DNA of 64,000 bases from a virus, in IMG/VR virus record IMGVR_UViG_3300031857_000053, positions 1-64,000 of that record; one strand, written 5' to 3'. A program made the translations under genes and the position numbers. Below the pieces are notes generated by a model that was not told the origin of the DNA, made no database searches, and saw nothing but the letters and a program-made list of their open reading frames with translations. Within the stretch, counting starts at the first letter, position 1; the number at the start of each line of letters is the position of its first letter. This document shows positions 62,901 to 64,000 of this stretch, piece by piece.

Positions 62901-64000
62901 TTAGTAGAGATAATATTAATATGCTACTTGATTTTGAAAAAGGATCTGGTGGCGCATATACTCTTACCGAAGAAGATTTAAATACACTTCGTATTCTAGA
63001 AGAAACTAGTGAAGTAAGTGTAGTTTATCCTACTGGAGATAATTCTATAGAAGGATTAGAGAATGATCTTATTTGGAATATAAAAGATATTTTAGCATTG
63101 CCGGAAAACTTTGTTAATCTTATTACACCTAATAGTACTGATACAGTTCAACCAATTGCTACTAAACTTGCACCTTTAGTTAAAGATTATGATCAGATGC
63201 AGAAAACAGCTGGTGATATTACTACTTTATCTAAAGAAGATCAAGCTTTATTAAATGAGAATCCTAATGTGATGGAAGGAACTAGAGTATTGGAAATACT
63301 TTATAATATTTCTAAGCAACAGTATAATCAGATTGGTAAAGAGACTTTAGGTATTGGAGCTGTAGATAATACTTTCAATATTCTATTGAATAGAATTGGA
63401 GCTTATATGAATGCTTATGCTACTGTAAAATCATTTAATGGTAAAAATAAAACTACAATTAGACAAACATTAAAGTTTAAACATAATACTCTTAATATAA
63501 ATGGTCAAGATGTTATTTCTTTATCGCATTTATACGATAATAATGATTTAAATAGAGTTTCAGATATTATCTCTCAAATGATGAATGGTTGGGTGGACGT
63601 TGCAAAAGATGCTTGGATTTTTGATATTCAAGGTAACAAGGATCTTTCTCCTACACTTTTGTTTATGATTCAAGCGGGTGTCTCAATAGAGAATGCTATT
63701 TATATGGTTTCTCAACCTATGGTAAGAGAATATATAAGATTAAAGAAGACCGCTCAAAGTAGTGTATCAGATGTTATTACTGATGTTGATACTAAATATC
63801 CAGGTTTTGCAGCAAAGAAAATGATCATTGATAAATACTTTTCACAAGATGCAGATTTTGGTTCTCAAATTGCTGCAGCAAATGATATTATAAATGATGA
63901 AGTACGTGAAAAAAAATTAAATGCGATCTATGGTAATGTTAATGTCGCTAATACTAGTGCTGAAATTATAAATAGAGTTTTTGGTGATAATGATATTGAT
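53930..64000 (+). CDS. virion-packaged single-chain RNA polymerase polyprotein (3'-truncated, at least 3357 aa; absent from ORF track)
   Basis: ATG at 53930 (MICNLANNESYKPF...). Motifs checked in frame: HEAWH zincin at 57740, RIPVQG at 62666, and catalytic GADFDIDK (DFDID at 62783-62797) as in the phi14:2/crAss vRNAP. DGQGW, STQLRK and GWVDVAKD are also present. Confidence 0.9.
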   Translation, partial: MICNLANNESYKPFRKYIFKKLSLAPEGFTLESFTKDIYRKVYDNTTGTPEDKHANAINHVAIGTIFLNRIQALEPSVYDTIKDIDFNKFIKLVNNISKSEPDFSSLEEMLGLKNNPVEELKELNAAAAESRDNSTAGIQMTLFEGSDIKVNEEDEPADTTNNNMVTATEEYQGKDTVQADQDRETINIDNPKSPDYYKANPLYRFYYKVKRGVLKLLQRPGTNFDSSQITIPYNGKKGVYLTVMSSSKLSRDDFKEDPTIGGSNDKKFIYDAGEPVFVLTDVDGIPVKFNEEGQFDENGKLSYHKFRNIYSTQVKDGKVSLYKSANLNALDDVKRVDLLKQKLMKLNPGLSEKNAKAQAEKTILDQLQIIYDIRQALKANPNLIVKTVINGGSMGAVKKDMSVKTPLENLTIGNRDFTIYAVKSDSENSGYTYTNTDATGSYDVEITRPDISQVEGLTDTIVSILFDKGISKDKGVSKAITAETRKELLQNYIFTRTEGLDMFVNEDGGYTVKIGGQEIYRLKNKNYTSVEEAALLEKRKSAEKLVREYFTTLAPQAEILEKDLNDVDMKNIIEGTIDKVRDQFKKGYVFYNTENKKYYRIGYPIHHINAKYQNATYPGLTLSKEGNNTIFTIDRNASYNNYIKKNFTIPFELNESGEIPSLNAFYTYEYAEGELNKIYKPAESTSAQPSTSVKPATRKTYSGKVTKLTLNQIFVFGSNPEGRHGAGAAKDAKDLFGAKYGQGRGMQGQSYALVTKNLKAGFVEPSTGITYKKAGEKSVSKEQIIENIKELYSVAKENTNKEFLIPDYSKSNLNGYTGQEMADMFSAAGPIPNNIVFHKNFDKLITTQPSTSVNPLVEAGIKPSDMFGNAAKDIQMASESTQFIGFGTIMKEGNVSSTDKYAKAWGTKANTGVYTAGDTIMVSGSGNFGRGGVDKTVEAQAIRKTLSEKYKPLLDKAIEAGASFRIGNQYAKGNLSDQLVADYLQKKGYTEEKLNGYSRWVSPTKTTQPSTSVNKGVEISSNAKGLAAALTNPTELAKSKGNIKQSYPIYFQWLDKNGEVRDSNFKDVEQAYQKLKDNSEAKTKPTKENSNNYKLMVDLIKAKLEQHPRLVLEITKQGGSAWILSSTHQPTKQNTVWETGGQNWFIQALNDAYLSTQPSTSVSVDTKADITLPTTPDQQNTNSIDQALNIIDDAINNFDKLKALKLIDQKATVEQIEAAKKWWENHPMSSKIPLYVLFNAVNTKNPTSIANWTLDGITLYQGADYSDLYHEAWHGFTQMFLTKEQKENLYKEVGKKSGGFTDYKGNYTLFKDAKPKQLEEYLAEDFRNYMLSGGKKIAGKAPVRNKIFKFIADILEWLFGNLTREQIANGTESLSTIHDLYEKLRVGNLSEYTFSQSNAQYDKLSKGEILATRNTDKPVDDIDTKNYILNMVDSFLSQYVDRVSEGKRKKYIANARLQAEARGETFVESTAELSYKYTATLLKTAEGRKLAYGYAQEMIKAIHDGLVLLQQNESSEIIRANRKKIIDTLSWTYNNFGDINNLKNNKIDKEGRFQNVIAFHTAKSRLFTKQEKELFFSEDALNEEDLFLIGRDGLGSVGGNEKSSKELASEDILIMMNSLHEVDAKGNTIYVEGTEVEIETKQGVKLKIGVPKLQDFDVTWNILSKKLENNQDAENMYAILSDLAKSKPNLPFKQLLNKLGPIKTAGSAEFRLWTNFWQTFNLSRVGLVYTKVNITTKTESKGEVKELNFDNWEFTARPTKATTSINTIKKNWDYAFRMKDKGDYIGKDSLGQNYLLLDKILEDFKDNIKGKEFEFFKAIGIDFDTNNEDILKEVSSKNSLDTAKRIYNIIKALSNAKYKEEPLIGKPKYTIYAPSQLFKEIYEIGEDKQYVWKDKFEIDSQGNRRKVGTEKKFLVDIGYKTSGEGTRFDNLAEIQAEYSDKWGTNQVTNAEGNTQFDLTLNNFLTVLKNTLNQVQDVKDANGKVIIPAYKVLISLPWMSNLDVDKNPDAESSILLNSLFDLNKNSTKYGERIKDEKTKSGYVEVQLKNLSGVAFNKDDVYDEKKSTSLFNSDPLTKLVADFHTGLMNGNFELMRHSDKGTSFSFFTTSLDKKNINNRNKYLYVDTADFVTSLGTKNAINKYIFPTLNSEFKRIKKFRNIKQAVEDARKETDPEKKKDMFKAIGNTDFNYIEKGSSFVTFQGVLSPETKVKILKQLDKNSLTEYLNTPEGFELKVEIGKDIQNYFNNQIEAVSKKFPVRRSGVKLISGDIIKKIKDHVTANYTEGLGLSQTGKDILRNTDFNKVALRSFVINSWIHNTESIKLVYGNLAQYNMAKEEFHKRNAGSSSTGTLYRTDKAAMDYVNNILNGGDTYAKSIGQTNRYYDGTLNTAIVQDSVQRSVYIEDYSKDLIAEQLKRNGGNQREAEKKVFGYDEKNNKVGTLEKPIKGGLITAYTDMKEGDGQGWVTFDSYRMLLNLEGKWSDSQENLYQKIVKGEQVSSADIAFFFPPQKLQYWGPLGNRLSGKAAIGQKINSDVQLTAMHKFSLVPLIPTVIKDKRIQKLHDKMVREQVDYVTFESGSKISNITSAEKFGENGKQTFDLFYADNKRNISEEPFTINPIYVNYLKNQLEIAPKFKKKVTFSTQLRKLIEDGLVENGVPIDFGRNLSREKRIEAWDAITTEDAKMAASPKYKIYKTYENKLKKLTELKRDQLLEEMGWKMVNGKPVGTIENLVRFVKAELERQNLGDHEIDFLDVVDGGTKLKTDASFSLSADKIEKLLNSIVVNRLIKQKINGEALIQVSTAGYENNEAWDAARGATEEELEKWGTDDLPTYRKGKDGITKAMKVKVALQGKFLSLLNLNHNDGQTIAVYDIVNGKKVLNLESSRTRLNSMIKNEEWLNKENHRKMITMVGVRIPVQGLNSMEFMEVYEFLPEEAGNIIIPPTEIVAKSGADFDIDKLTVMMPNIKTKINKAKITNALLRELGEKNPTLDFSRDNINMLLDFEKGSGGAYTLTEEDLNTLRILEETSEVSVVYPTGDNSIEGLENDLIWNIKDILALPENFVNLITPNSTDTVQPIATKLAPLVKDYDQMQKTAGDITTLSKEDQALLNENPNVMEGTRVLEILYNISKQQYNQIGKETLGIGAVDNTFNILLNRIGAYMNAYATVKSFNGKNKTTIRQTLKFKHNTLNINGQDVISLSHLYDNNDLNRVSDIISQMMNGWVDVAKDAWIFDIQGNKDLSPTLLFMIQAGVSIENAIYMVSQPMVREYIRLKKTAQSSVSDVITDVDTKYPGFAAKKMIIDKYFSQDADFGSQIAAANDIINDEVREKKLNAIYGNVNVANTSAEIINRVFGDNDID
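55994..57418 (+). repeat. four identical in-frame 18-bp direct repeats CAACCATCTACTAGTGTT (QPSTSV)
   Basis: Copies at 55994-56011, 56474-56491, 56954-56971 and 57401-57418; periods 480, 480 and 447 nt. Confidence 0.95.

Noticed and set aside
1-64000. Stop-codon reassignment (TAG or TGA), as in some crAss-like lineages
   Set aside because: Genes are full length and densely packed under the standard code, and TAG ends genes cleanly at 4071, 5046 and 7443.

Overview
This AT-rich window has all of its credible genes on the + strand. It is the virion-morphogenesis and injected-cargo half of a crAss-like (Crassvirales-type) podophage, most likely infecting an environmental Bacteroidota host: it has Bacteroidota-type TTTG-N20-TAnnTTTG promoters and A-rich leaders without Shine-Dalgarno sites. 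Gene order is: tail fibre/adhesin genes, holin, small DNA-binding proteins and a PD-(D/E)xK nuclease, large terminase, portal, scaffold, major capsid protein, an ~4 kb block of tiny Lys-rich ORFs, ring/hub/Cys-rich tail proteins, the muzzle (tail stabilisation) protein, four large cargo/ejection proteins, and finally a >3357-aa virion RNA polymerase polyprotein (53930 to the window end, DFDID catalytic motif). The ORF track omits this last gene because it has no stop codon in the window. The most notable signal is inside the vRNAP gene: four identical in-frame 18-bp direct repeats (CAACCATCTACTAGTGTT, encoding QPSTSV) delimit three unrelated ~150-aa domains (Macro-like, possibly SLOG-like, and NADAR-like). 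This looks like an exchangeable, co-injected cassette array acting on ADP-ribose/NAD. Other candidates are a small hairpin RNA at 29881 whose loop is complementary to an AAACCAAC motif just before several start codons, a D-arm-less tRNA-like element after the capsid gene, and a recurring x-x-x-G-G peptide motif shared by the small basic proteins and the cargo proteins. All family assignments come from motif recognition and synteny by eye; no database searches were run.
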